The notes beneath the pieces are model-generated. The model did no database searches, was not told where the DNA came from, and was given only the letters and a program-made list of their open reading frames with translations. A program made the translations under genes and the position numbers. Positions 1 through 9,415 of a stretch of DNA of 64,000 bases are shown one piece after another. Source of the stretch: Nitrospirota bacterium (GTDB lineage: Bacteria; Nitrospirota; Nitrospiria; Nitrospirales; NS-4); the NCBI GenBank assembly GCA_963788195.1, contig CAWBGA010000001.1, positions 1 through 64,000 of the forward strand, in the 5' to 3' direction. Numbering within the stretch: position 1 is the first letter of the stretch; each line of letters begins with the position of its first letter.

Positions 1-1617
1 GTCGGACGCGCGCGGGAGCGGCGGGCCGGGATCGTCGACGATCGCGACGTCGATCGGCGGCGTGTCCTTGGCGCGGATCGACGCCGAACGAGCGGATCGT
101 GAGGTCGTGCACCTCGCCGGTCTCCGGGTCGACGGCGAGGCCTTCGGTGAGCACCCAGCCGAGCGCCATGTGCGCGGCGCCGATCGCGTACGAGCGCAGC
201 ACGACGTCGTCGAGCGGATCGCCGGCGGCGACGCGCACCTCGACGCGCTCGAGCGTGCCGGTCGTCGATCGAGCATCACGCGGGCCCCGGCGAGCGCGCC
301 GCCGTCGGGCCGCGACGACACGTGTCGAGGAGCACCGCCGCGCGACGCGTGCGTCGCGCACGAGCGCCGGCCCGGTCGACGCCCGCCGCGTCGAGCGCAC
401 CCTCGAGCGAGCACGCGCGCGCTCCGCGAGTCCCGACCGCGCGCAGGTGCCGACGAGGTCGGCGGTCCCGGCACCGCGCACCGTCGTCCACGTCCGCGCA
501 CCTCGTCGACGTCGTACGGCCACGTCGATCGGCGCGACGAACGGCGCGACGTCGCCCGACGACCGCGCCGTCGATGCGCACGACACCGTCGACCGTAGAC
601 CGCGCGTCGCGGCGATCGGCGGCCGCTTCGGCCCGAGCCGCACGACGTCCTCGCGTGAGAACACGCACGCGCACCGCTCCGCCCGTGCTGGTCGGCGAGC
701 TCACGCGCCGCCGCGGTCGACCGAGCGACGCCGCCTTGCCGCCGAACGCGCCGCCGTTCGCGAGCGGCGTCGCGGGCTCGCCGCCCGGGCGCGCACCACG
801 ACGCGTCGGGCTCGAGGTACGCGGGCTCGACCCAGCTCGTGGCGAGGCGCACGCCACCGTCGGGCAGCGGCGGCAGCGGCGAGCGGCGGCGCGCGCGTCG
901 ACGGTCGTGCGCCGGCCCTGCACCTTGCCGGCGAGCGCACGCGGCGTCGAGCAGCGACTCGGCGACGACCCAGCGGATGCCCGCCGCCTCGACGTCCGCG
1001 GCGTCCGATCCCGGCGGGCGCGGCACCGCGACCAGCGCGTCGCGGGGCGCGGTGTCGTCGGCGAACCCGCCGTCGCCGAGCGGCACGTCGGCGCCCGACC
1101 GCTGCGGCGCGCCGCCCTCGAGCTCGGCGCGCTCGCGCGGCCGCGTCGAGCGTGCGCGACGCGCCGGCGTGCTCGCTCGGCACGACGTCGATCGCCTCGT
1201 AGATCGTCTGCCAGCCGGTGCACCGGCAGAGGTGCGCGGCGAGCGCGCGGTCGACGTCGACCGGCGGTCCTGCCCTTCGCCCGGCAGCGCGGCCGCGCGC
1301 ACGAGGATGCCCGGGCGTGCAGAAGCCGCACTGCGACGCCGCCGGTCGCGACGAACGCGCCGCGAGCGCGTCGCGTTCGTGCGGGGTCGAGCCCGTCGAC
1401 CGTGGTGACCGACCGGCCGGCGACCCGGCGTGACCGGCGTGACGCACGCCACCCGGGCTCGCCGTCGACGAGCACGGTGCAGCAGCCGCACTGACCCTGC
1501 GGCGCGCACCCGTCCTTGACGCGAGATGATGCCGAGCTGCTCGCGCAGCACGGAGAGCAGCGACTCGCCCGGGGCGGCGTCGACCTCGACTGCTCGCCGT
1601 TGCACGACGAACTGCAC
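1..1617 (-). CDS. 2Fe-2S / molybdopterin oxidoreductase (xanthine dehydrogenase/CoxS-L-like fusion), multiply frameshifted, runs off window
   Basis: Fragments across frames: VKDGCAPQGQCGCCTVLVDGEP, SQCGFCTPG, ALAAHLCRCTGWQTIYEAI, PLANGGAFGGK; probable GTG start at 1617. Confidence 0.8.
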   Translation of the reverse strand, partial: MQFVVQRRAVEVDAAPGESLLSVLREQLGIISRQGRVRAAGSVRLLHRARRRRARVACVTPVTPGRRPVGHHGRRARPRTNATRSRRVRRDRRRRSAASARPGILVRAAALPGEGQDRRSTSTARSPRTSAGAPAGRRSTRRSTSCRASTPARRARSTRPRERAELEGGAPQRSGADVPLGDGGFADDTAPRDALVAVPRPPGSDAADVEAAGIRWVVAESLLDAACARRQGAGPAHDRRRARRRSPLPPLPDGGVRLATSWVEPAYLEPDASWCAPGRRARDAARERRRVRRQGGVARSTAAARELADQHGRSGARACSHARTSCGSGRSGRRSPRRAVYGRRCRAHRRRGRRATSRRSSRRSTWPYDVDEVRGRGRRCAVPGPPTSSAPARGRDSRSARVLARGCARRGGRRPGRRSCATHASRGGAPRHVSSRPDGGALAGARVMLDRRPARSSASRCASPPAIRSTTSCCARTRSAPRTWRSAGCSPKASPSTRRPARCTTSRSARSASIRAKDTPPIDVAIVDDPGPPLPRASD

Positions 1618-1659
1618 CCGATCCGACAGTCGCGACCTCCGGGCGGCAGGATAGGGGGC

Positions 1660-2577
1660 ATGACTCGCGACCCCTTCCGCTCGCACGCGCGTTGTCTCGC
1701 CGCGCGCGTTCCTCGGTCGGGCTCGCCGCGGCCGGCGGCCTGCGTCGCGGCTGCCGCCGTCGGCTCGCCGGCGCGCGGTCGCGGCGCGACGAACCCGAAG
1801 ACTCTTCGCCGCTCGTGCTCGTCGAGCGACCTGTACGCGTCACGCGCCAGCCGCAGCGCTTCGTCGTTCGCGCTCGCACAGGGCGGCTCGAAGGCACGCA
1901 GTACGCCAGCGGTCCCGCGGCCGATGCTGCGGTTCCGCGCCGCCGGGCGGCACGCTGGGCGCCGTTCGCTCGACGCGCCGCCTCGACCGGGACGGGCTGC
2001 CCAAGGGCCGCGGCGTCTACGTCGATCGACCGGTGCTCGACACGCGCCGGCGTCTGGCAGGTGGAGGCGCGGCGTCAGCGGCCAGACGATCCGTTCGCGA
2101 TCCAGGTGAAGCGCAGCCGACCGCGCCGGTCGTCGGCGCAGGCCGCGCCGCGCGCCGCGTCGCCGACCCGGCCGACCCGCTGGGCGTCGACCCGATCTGC
2201 ACCCGCGACCCGCGTGCCCGCTGCACACCGTGTCGCTCGCGACGGTCATCGGGCCGGGCAAGCCGGTCGCCGCGCTGTTCGCGACGCCCGGCGCGCTGCC
2301 AGTCGCAGTACTGCGGGCCGGTGCTCGACGAGCTGCTCGACGTCATGGCACGCGTACGAGGACCGGATCGTGACGTTCGTGCACGTCGAGATCTACCAGA
2401 CTCGACCGCGCACCGACGCTCGTCACCGACCGTGACGGCGTGGGGCCTGCCGAGCGAGCCGTGGCTGTTCGGCATCGACGGCGCCGGCACGATCGAGGCG
2501 CGGCTCGACGGCGCGTTCGGCGGCGACCGAGATGAAGGCCGCTGCTCGACAGCCTCGCCAGCTACGCCGTCGCTGAC
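1660..2577 (+). CDS. Probable Tat-exported thioredoxin-like protein, frameshifted
   Basis: ATG 1660 after AGGGGG; SRRA-FLG-like twin-arginine motif at ~1695-1716; fragments ARCQSQYCGPVLDELL, TFVHVEIY, WGLPSEPWLFGIDGAG. Confidence 0.55.
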
Positions 2578-2622
2578 GCGTCGAACGCCGCGATACGCGG
2601 TTCGGACGCAGCGAGGGCTGAG

Positions 2623-2977
2623 TCAGGAGAAGGACTGGCCGCAGCCGCAGCTGCGCTCGGCGTTCGGGTTGTTGATCGGGAACCCGGCGCCCTGGAGCCC
2701 GTCCTTGTAGTCGAGCGTCGCGCCGCCGAGGTGCGGCGCGCTCGCGGGGTCGATCACGACCGTGACGCCCGCCGTGCTCGGTCTTGACGTCGTCGTCGGC
2801 GAGGTCGGTGTCGAAGAACATCTCGTAGCTGAAGCCGGAGCACCGCCGGGCCGGACGGCGACCCGCAGGACGAGGTCCGGGTTGCCCTCGGCCTCGATCA
2901 GGCTCTTCACCTTGTCGGCGGCCGCGTCGGTGAGCGTGAAGACGGTGCTGGCGTCCTGTGACGGAGAACATCGACAT
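2623..2977 (-). CDS. HesB/IscA/ErpA Fe-S cluster assembly accessory protein, frameshifted
   Basis: LRVAVRPGG, CSGFSYEMFFD, LDYKDGLQGAGFPINNPNAERSCGCGQSFS. Confidence 0.9.
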
Positions 2978-3009
2978 GCTCGCGGTCCTCTCGGTCGGAC
3001 TCGACGACT

Positions 3010-3677
3010 TCAGGATACCCGAGCCCCACGGTCACGTGGCACGGCTCCGGGTCGTACAACGTCGCGAACTCCTCGACTGCTTCCCCCGCCGACCGGATCC
3101 GACGACGCCCTCGCAGAGCCCGCGGTGCAGGTTGCACACCAGCTCGGGGTAGGCCTCGGCGAGCTCCCGGAACGGGCAGTGCAGGAACTCGATGCGGGCG
3201 GCGCCGTCGTCGGTGCCGTCGCGGCTCGACCGCGGGCTCGAACCCGAGCCGGTCGAGCTCGGCCTCGAGGGCGCGTCGAGGCAGCTCCGGCACCGGGTGC
3301 GGCGCCCGGCGTCGGCACCCCAGACGTGGCCGGTCTGCGGTCGCGTCGTCGGCGTCGGCCCCACCCGCTCGGCCAGCGCCGCGAGCAGACCGGCGAGCAG
3401 CGCGTGGGCGGGCGGGTCGAAGCCGAGGCCGGCGCGCCGGGCGCGAGGAAGTAGAGGTGCTGGGGCCGGCCGACGGTGCCCCGGTGCACGGCCTCGACGT
3501 CGACCAGACCCGCCTCGCGGAGGCGCTCGAGGTGCAGGCGGACCGTGTTGGCGTGCATGCCGAGGCGGTCGGCGAGCTCCTGGGCCGACAGCGCGGCCGT
3601 GGAGCGGGCGAGCTCCTCGTACATCGCGTAGCGGGTCTCGTCGCCCAGGGCCTTGAGCACCGCGCGAGATCCACCAT
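3010..3677 (-). CDS. ArsR-type HTH / SufR-like transcriptional regulator, frameshifted
   Basis: LKALGDETRYAMY...LADRLGMHANTVRLHLERLREAGLV...GRP; C-terminal HCPFRELAEAYPELVCNLHRGLCEG. Confidence 0.85.
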
Positions 3678-3739
3678 CGCCTTGACGGTAGCCGGCCCGC
3701 GGGCATATTTTCAAGGTCGTAGCCTGTATTTTATTCAGC

Positions 3740-4048
3740 GTGATGCCGATGAACGACCCCACGCCCGACCCCGACGACCCGGGCGCCGCCCGTCCACGCC
3801 TCCCGGCGGCCCCCGCCGCGCCCGAGGACGTGCGCGGGATGCTGGCCGGGGTCATCGACCCCGAGCTCCACGCCAGCATCGTCGACCTGGGCATGGTCGA
3901 CGACGTCGCAGGTCGAGCCCGACGGGCAGGTCACCGTGAAGGTCGCGCTGACCACCGCCGGGTGCCCGCTGCGGGACCAGATCAGACAGGAGGTGAGTCG
4001 AAGGTGCGCGGCCTGCCCGGCGTCGCCGACGTGAAGGTCGACTACGGC
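3740..4048 (+). CDS. DUF59 (FeS_assembly_P) N-terminus of probable Mrp/ApbC protein, truncated at junction
   Basis: VIDPELHASIVDLGMV, then (other frame) VALTTAGCPLRDQI, and VRGLPGVADVKVDYG; unrelated sequence follows. Confidence 0.8.
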
Positions 4049-4093
4049 GTCTGCTTATTGAGCCCAACCCAGGTTCTGATCAAGGCGCATAAA

Positions 4094-4746
4094 ATGCCTG
4101 GAATGTTGATTGTCTTTGTTGCGGGATTGCTGGCATTCGGGTGCTCCTTCCTGCCCAAGGCCTACGAATTCCATGACCCCTTAACGCCTACGGAACATTT
4201 GGCGCTGGGAGTGAGCTATGAGTCGAAGGCAAAACCAGCCTGGCCATCGCTGAGTACAAGAAAGTCATTGAGAGCGATGCCCGCAACCACGGTGTGACGG
4301 CGAGGGTGTTCCTTGGAAACGTCTATGCGGGACTGGAGCAATATCAGACAGCAGAACAGTACTATCGTGAAGCGCTTTCTCTTGAGCCGCACCGTGGTCA
4401 GGCCTTGAATAACCTGGCATCCATTTTTGTAAAACAGGCTACCAAACTGCAGGAGGCTGAAGTTCTTGCACAGACGGCTCTTGCCGAGGCGGAACTCAGG
4501 AATACCGCCGGGCAAAAGGGCGTCTATCTCGAGACGCTGGGTGAAGTGCTCTTGCGGCAAGGGCGGTATGCAGAGGCCCTCGAGAATTTTCAAAAGGCTG
4601 AGGCCTTCAAGGATCAGGGAAAGCCATATTGGACGTTCCAACTCTACACAAATATGGCAGATGCCTATGAAAAACTAGGCCGGTTGCCCGAAGCTGAGGA
4701 AGCGCGAAAACGTGCTGAAGATTTTCGCGAATCCCGAGGCAGCTGA
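4094..4746 (+). CDS. TPR lipoprotein, single frameshift near 4225
   Basis: Lipobox LAFGC; DPLTPTEHLALGVSYE joins the frame with LGNVY...YREAL...ALNNLA TPR repeats. Confidence 0.8.
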
Positions 4747-4832
4747 CAGCCATTTGTCCCGTACCGGATGCGGCTTGTCCTCCTTAGGGCATTCCTCGCT
4801 CCCACGATCCATTGTCCGACTGATCAGCCCAT

Positions 4833-4856
4833 AGCCCCCAGCCCCCAGCCCCCAGC
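4833..4856 (+). repeat. Short tandem repeat (AGCCCCC)x3
   Basis: agcccccagcccccagcccccagc. Confidence 0.7.
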
Positions 4857-5209
4857 GTACTAAATCCTCACCAGGTCAGCGCTTGCTCTTCTCTCAACGA
4901 TCCATTCGGTTCTGGTATATATCAGCCGTGTTCTTACAGCGTCCATCAGGCCTACGGTAAGTCATCGCGTGCGAAGAGATTTGGTATAAATACTTAGAAT
5001 AATAAATTTAATAGAGCTTGACGAACTTGCCCGTCGCGCGTAGCATCCGGAGTGTGACGTCATAAGCTCCGTCGGCTGCTCGCGTTTTTATTGCCTACAG
5101 CGCGATTCCGCTCCCAGTCTGCGCCGCTTCTACGCCAGCCCGTTTGCTTGCTGCATGTCTTTTGACCAGGGTGGTGCGTTTCGGCAGAGATTGGATAGGA
5201 GGGTGACCT

Positions 5210-5482
5210 GTGGAACAACTGATGTGGATCGGCATTTGGGTCGTGGCCGGGGTGGGCCTTCTTGCCTTGATCCCGGTGCTGGTTGTCGGAGGGTGGTTTA
5301 TTGTCGTCACGCTCATCATGGGTCTGGGTGACAAGACAATAGGATTACTGGATCAGGGATGGAAGACAATACGCCGAAGAATTCGAACCCGAGAAAAACC
5401 AGTACTCAGGGTGGGACAACAACAAGCCATTCAAACTAAAGAACTGGCTTCAGCCTCGGGATCGCCGCCCGGATCACCATAG
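5210..5482 (+). CDS. Small membrane hypothetical protein
   Basis: GGAGG RBS before GTG; long hydrophobic N-terminus. Confidence 0.55.
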   Translation: MEQLMWIGIWVVAGVGLLALIPVLVVGGWFIVVTLIMGLGDKTIGLLDQGWKTIRRRIRTREKPVLRVGQQQAIQTKELASASGSPPGSP

Positions 5483-5627
5483 TTTCACGACAGCGTGGGG
5501 CCTTGCAGCCCCTAACCTCAGACAGCTATTAAAGATCCCCCCTAAGCGAGGTATTGCGAAGCGATAAGCACGTAGCTACATCTACGCCCGGCACAGTCCA
5601 AGGATATCCGCAATCCAGGGAGGGTAC

Positions 5628-5870
5628 ATGTTTACAAAATCCAAGGGAAGAGGGGTGGTTTCCTTGACGGAACGGGAACAGCAGGTTCTCAATCTGATCT
5701 GGAATGGCCTCAAGAACCGCGAAATTGGCGATGAATTAAGAATCAGCCATAAGACCGTGGAGGCGCACCGCGCCAACATGATGAAGAAGCTACGTGCGAC
5801 AAATGCCGCGCAATTGTTGAAAAGCTGCTTTGAGCAAGGCTTCCTACGACAAAAACAAACAGTGGCCTAA
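5628..5870 (+). CDS. Stand-alone LuxR/GerE HTH regulator
   Basis: LTEREQQVLNLIWNGLKNREIGDELRISHKTVEAHRANMMKKL; GGAGG RBS. Confidence 0.9.
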   Translation: MFTKSKGRGVVSLTEREQQVLNLIWNGLKNREIGDELRISHKTVEAHRANMMKKLRATNAAQLLKSCFEQGFLRQKQTVA

Positions 5871-5967
5871 ACGTGGTTTGACGTCCGCGACGGCGAACCT
5901 TACCGCTTTCCTGGTGCGCCCGGTCCCAGCGTACAAGGAGGGCGTGCTTGGTGCTTTCGCCGGGGTT

Positions 5968-6171
5968 TTACTTCGTCGCGGCGCGCCGTGCTCCTTTCTT
6001 TTTGGGCAAAGCTTTCTTTTTGGATAAGCCTAATTCCTTTCGGGCTTGCACCCCTAATTCCTTTCGGGCTTGCACCAACGACGCCTGCTCTTCTTTCATG
6101 GCTTTTTGAATCAGTTCCAAACGACGCTTCATCATTGCCAAACGAAGCTCTATCTTAGTTCTTCGTGGCAT
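5968..6171 (-). CDS. Small basic Lys/Arg-rich protein with 8-aa tandem duplication
   Basis: GAGGAGG RBS; VQARKELG x2 (24-bp repeat 6029-6076). Confidence 0.55.
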   Translation of the reverse strand: MPRRTKIELRLAMMKRRLELIQKAMKEEQASLVQARKELGVQARKELGLSKKKALPKKKGARRAATK

Positions 6172-6650
6172 CTTTCCCTCCTCGGTGAATACGTCGATTA
6201 GACTTTGTTGATGCTCTCGATGTCCTTCTCTGCAAGCTCCACCGCTTGCTCTATCGCAAACTCCACGAAGTGACTTTCACCTCGACGCGTCAAGACGCGC
6301 GCCCCTTCCCAGCCAGAATGGCTCCGATGCCCCCGCACACCCGCGCAGGGAAAGAACATACCGGAAAGGAGCAAATTCAAATATGATCTAGGTCATCTAC
6401 TCAGAAGATGACGTTGTCATATTTGCGGTCCAACATCGCTGCCCCTCTGTTATTGGCATCAATCAAGCTATTAGCCAATCATTCGTTGGTAATCCCATAT
6501 ACCGCTTCCAGGAACCATGGCCACCTTCAGGAAGCCGTCAATATGGGAAGTTTCGTTCAGAATCGTGACTTAGACCGTGACCAACCGCAGGCAGTCGAAA
6601 CGCGCCATATCGCCCCGGTACGAAAGTTAGCGGAGAACAAGCAGAAATCC

Positions 6651-6726
6651 TGGTGCGCCCGGAGGGATTTGAACCCCCAACCCTCAGATCCGTAGTCTGA
6701 TGCTCTATCCATTGAGCTACGGGCGC
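6651..6726 (-). tRNA. tRNA-Arg(ACG)
   Basis: GCGCCCGTAGCTCAATGGATAGAGCA-TCAGA CTACGGA TCTGA-...GGTTCAAATCC...GGGCGCACCA. Confidence 0.97.
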
Positions 6727-6793
6727 GTGTTCAGTTTATCGCGGGGTTACAGAAGCGGCAGTTTGTCTCCCATGGGCTGGTGTTAGATACGTG

Positions 6794-7190
6794 TTAAAAC
6801 GGTGAGCATCCCTCAAATCGCTCTCTAGGAAGTTATTGTACCGCTTGAAGACTTCCATCGTTTTGTGACCTGTGATCCGCATGATGGTCAGGTGATCATC
6901 CCAGCTCGGCGCATGTTCGCAATCGCCGTATGCCTGAAATCGTGAAAGTGAAATCCCTTGATTCCTGCGCGGCGACAGGCAGCGTTGAACGCCGTCTTGA
7001 CCGATTGAATGGAATTCCCGCTTACTAGCGGCTGATGCAAGTACCGCACTTTATACAGGTCTCTCAGCAAGACCGTCAAGTCAGCCGTCAGGGGGACGAG
7101 CCTAGCATCATCGGTCTTGGTATCCTCAGCCTTCAGCCGGATAAGGCCCGCTTTCAGATCAACGCGATCCCAGGTCAACTTCAAGATTTC
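6794..7190 (-). pseudogene. Tyrosine recombinase/integrase C-terminal remnant
   Basis: LTWDRVDL...TKT...FHFHDFRHT, then after a frameshift near 6900 IMRITGHKTMEVFKRY; N-terminal half is missing. Confidence 0.9.
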
Positions 7191-7231
7191 CGCATGCTAG
7201 AACGACTGGACACCTGAGTATGGTTCGCAAA

Positions 7232-7660
7232 TTATGGCGATACCGGCCGAATCGTTGCCGAACGCTTTTCACGCAAGATTAGGAAGAACCATGCGCCGAG
7301 AAACGCTCCGGTGATATTGGCGACGACATCGGTCATCGACGTGACGCGGCTGGTATTGAACAACTGCACACACTCAATGGTTCCGGACAACAGAGCGGAT
7401 GCAAGGAGAATCCTTACAAGCCCTTGCAGGTGAGTCGGGATTTGATGTGATCGCAGGTACAAATAACTGAAGGGAATAAATAGCAAGATATTCTCCACAA
7501 CATCAACAGCCCAGCGCTTGCTCCATCGTGCGTCTTGAAAAGGTAACCAGGTACTCAGATGCCCTGGTACCCTATAGAGGTGAAAGTCGCTCCAGGGTGA
7601 GGTTGTGACCACAATAATTACTACGGTCCATAGAAGCCACCCAACCTTATAATTGCTCAC
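7232..7660 (-). CDS. VanZ family membrane protein
   Basis: DVVENILLFIPF...IECVQLF..SR.TSMTDVVANITGA motif. Confidence 0.85.
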   Translation of the reverse strand: MSNYKVGWLLWTVVIIVVTTSPWSDFHLYRVPGHLSTWLPFQDARWSKRWAVDVVENILLFIPFSYLYLRSHQIPTHLQGLVRILLASALLSGTIECVQLFNTSRVTSMTDVVANITGAFLGAWFFLILREKRSATIRPVSP

Positions 7661-7938
7661 AGCAGACGTGACTCTTGTCGCTGCACATTTGTCCCTGCAT
7701 GTTTCCGAGAGCGCACCCACGTATCAATGAGCGTTGGGGATGAGCACCACCGGCCGTCTGGCAACCGACTGGCCGGAAAGTCGTGCTTCTTGACCCATCC
7801 ATACCGGGTGCTCGGAGAAATCCGGCAATACCAACTCATCCCTCGCACCCCAATTAAAAGCCTCGGATCTTCGACACGCGGTGCTCGCCATTGCCGGTGC
7901 ATTGAAAGGGCCTTTCTCTTGAAGAGTGGAGGGCGCAC
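7657..7938 (-). CDS. Excisionase/AlpA-like HTH protein (possibly remnant)
   Basis: CRISPSTRYGWVKKHDFPASRLPDGRW...LIDTWV winged-HTH pattern; lies near the integrase remnant. Confidence 0.5.
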   Translation of the reverse strand: MRPPLFKRKALSMHRQWRAPRVEDPRLLIGVRGMSWYCRISPSTRYGWVKKHDFPASRLPDGRWCSSPTLIDTWVRSRKHAGTNVQRQESRLL

Positions 7939-8249
7939 GGAGTTGTATCCTAGCTGTGCCCCTCGCGTGTCATGAATATGCTTTATTGTAGCAGTTTAAC
8001 GTAGTATCTCAACCGTGTAGCTAAGCACACGACGCGCTTTTATGGCCATCATAGTCTTCTGCCGCCGCCAGAGCCCAGGAGTGTCGCAAGGCTGTCCCCC
8101 CGGCCAGTGTTAGATAGGTGTTAGAAAAGGAGACGAAGAGGGGTGAATATTGGTGAAGAGAACCAAACTGAGATCGATAAGGTAAGCGTAGCGGTAAAAT
8201 CACGGCGCGAATCTTAATCAAGAAGATGTGCGCAGACTAGGTTCGAACG

Positions 8250-8516
8250 TCAAAACGCCGTGCGCTTTCCCTTTAAGACGATCTTAAATCGAAGTTGCAG
8301 TTTTTGCTGATCCGCTTCGCGAATGTAGCTTTCCGGCAGGATGATCGTGTGGCCTGTCTGGAAATTCCTCAGCTCGACGCGTTTATCCTGAACTCCCTGG
8401 ATCCGCCATTCGTTGGGAAAGAGCGCCATGGTTTGGCGCTTCGCATTCACCTGCTCGGGTACCGGCAAGATTTTCATCTCCGAGCCGATCATTGAATGGA
8501 AGTTGAATACGGGCAT
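8250..8516 (-). CDS. Hypothetical protein
   Basis: AGGA RBS, clean 88-aa ORF with protein-like composition. Confidence 0.55.
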   Translation of the reverse strand: MPVFNFHSMIGSEMKILPVPEQVNAKRQTMALFPNEWRIQGVQDKRVELRNFQTGHTIILPESYIREADQQKLQLRFKIVLKGKRTAF

Positions 8517-8659
8517 TGCGTTCCTATGGCGCTCATGCCGGCGCCGCGGGTCGTATCAGCTCAAAGCCTGACGCAGCGCGAGGGCGTTGTCAATGGATTA
8601 AAGTAAACGCCCTAAGTGTAAAGAATCGCACGGCTTGGGTGCTTCACGCGAGGGGAGAA

Positions 8660-9286
8660 TCAGGGACAATTTGAAGCGTGAAGGGAGGAGGACTGTAAAC
8701 AGCTTTCTTTTGTTTCTCTCCATTCCCGGGCCAATTTCTGCGCTGCCGCGATCTGTTCGGGTGTCATCATCTTGGACACCATGATCCTGGCCCGATACCC
8801 TTCTCTATGACCTTGGCTGGCAGCAAGGTTGAACCACATATGAGCCTGGACTAGGTCGCGAGCCGTTCCGTGACCTTCCTTATACATCACGCCGAGATTA
8901 TATTGGGCTTCAGGAAGCTGCTGTTCCGCGGCTTCCTCGTACCAATGGATCGCCTGCGCATAATCCTTGGCCACGCCATAGCCTTTGGAATACATTCCAC
9001 CGAGATTAGACATGGCCTTGGGAAAACCCTGCTCGGCCGCGAGTCGATACCAGTGAATCGCTTTCTGAAAATCCTGCGGCACGCCTCTGCCTTTGGCGTA
9101 CATGACGCCAAGGTAAAACTGGGCCTCCGGGAGTTTTTCTTCCGCCAGGGGGCGGAGTTCGTTTAGGGCGACGCCGTAGCGACCTTCGTAGTAGGCGTCA
9201 ATGCCTTCTTTAAGCCCGGCCATCGCCGCCGAGTTAAAGGACCCCAAAAGCCCTGTCAGTATGACAGTCCAAATAATCGTGAGCAT
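8660..9286 (-). CDS. Sel1-like repeat secreted protein
   Basis: Signal peptide; repeats AQFYLGVMYAKGRGV, AMSNLGGMYSKGYGV, AQYNLGVMYKEGHG. Confidence 0.95.
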   Translation of the reverse strand: MLTIIWTVILTGLLGSFNSAAMAGLKEGIDAYYEGRYGVALNELRPLAEEKLPEAQFYLGVMYAKGRGVPQDFQKAIHWYRLAAEQGFPKAMSNLGGMYSKGYGVAKDYAQAIHWYEEAAEQQLPEAQYNLGVMYKEGHGTARDLVQAHMWFNLAASQGHREGYRARIMVSKMMTPEQIAAAQKLAREWRETKESCLQSSSLHASNCP

Positions 9287-9415
9287 TCGTAAAAGTGGCC
9301 TTAGATTAGATCACCTACTGTAGGGTAGTGCGGATTTGGCTGTCATTCCCCTTTTCGTAGGGACTCCCTCGCAAGAGGCTCTATTTACCTCTGTCGTTCG
9401 TGCCGGCGGAGTGCG

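Noticed and set aside
1..4050. Long Arg/Ala/Pro-rich ORFs, and the idea of programmed frameshifting or mass pseudogenisation
   Set aside because: These are shadow frames of very high-GC DNA; dense indels in conserved genes fit low-quality consensus
3740..4297. Apparent DUF59-lipoprotein fusion ORF
   Set aside because: It spans the chimeric junction
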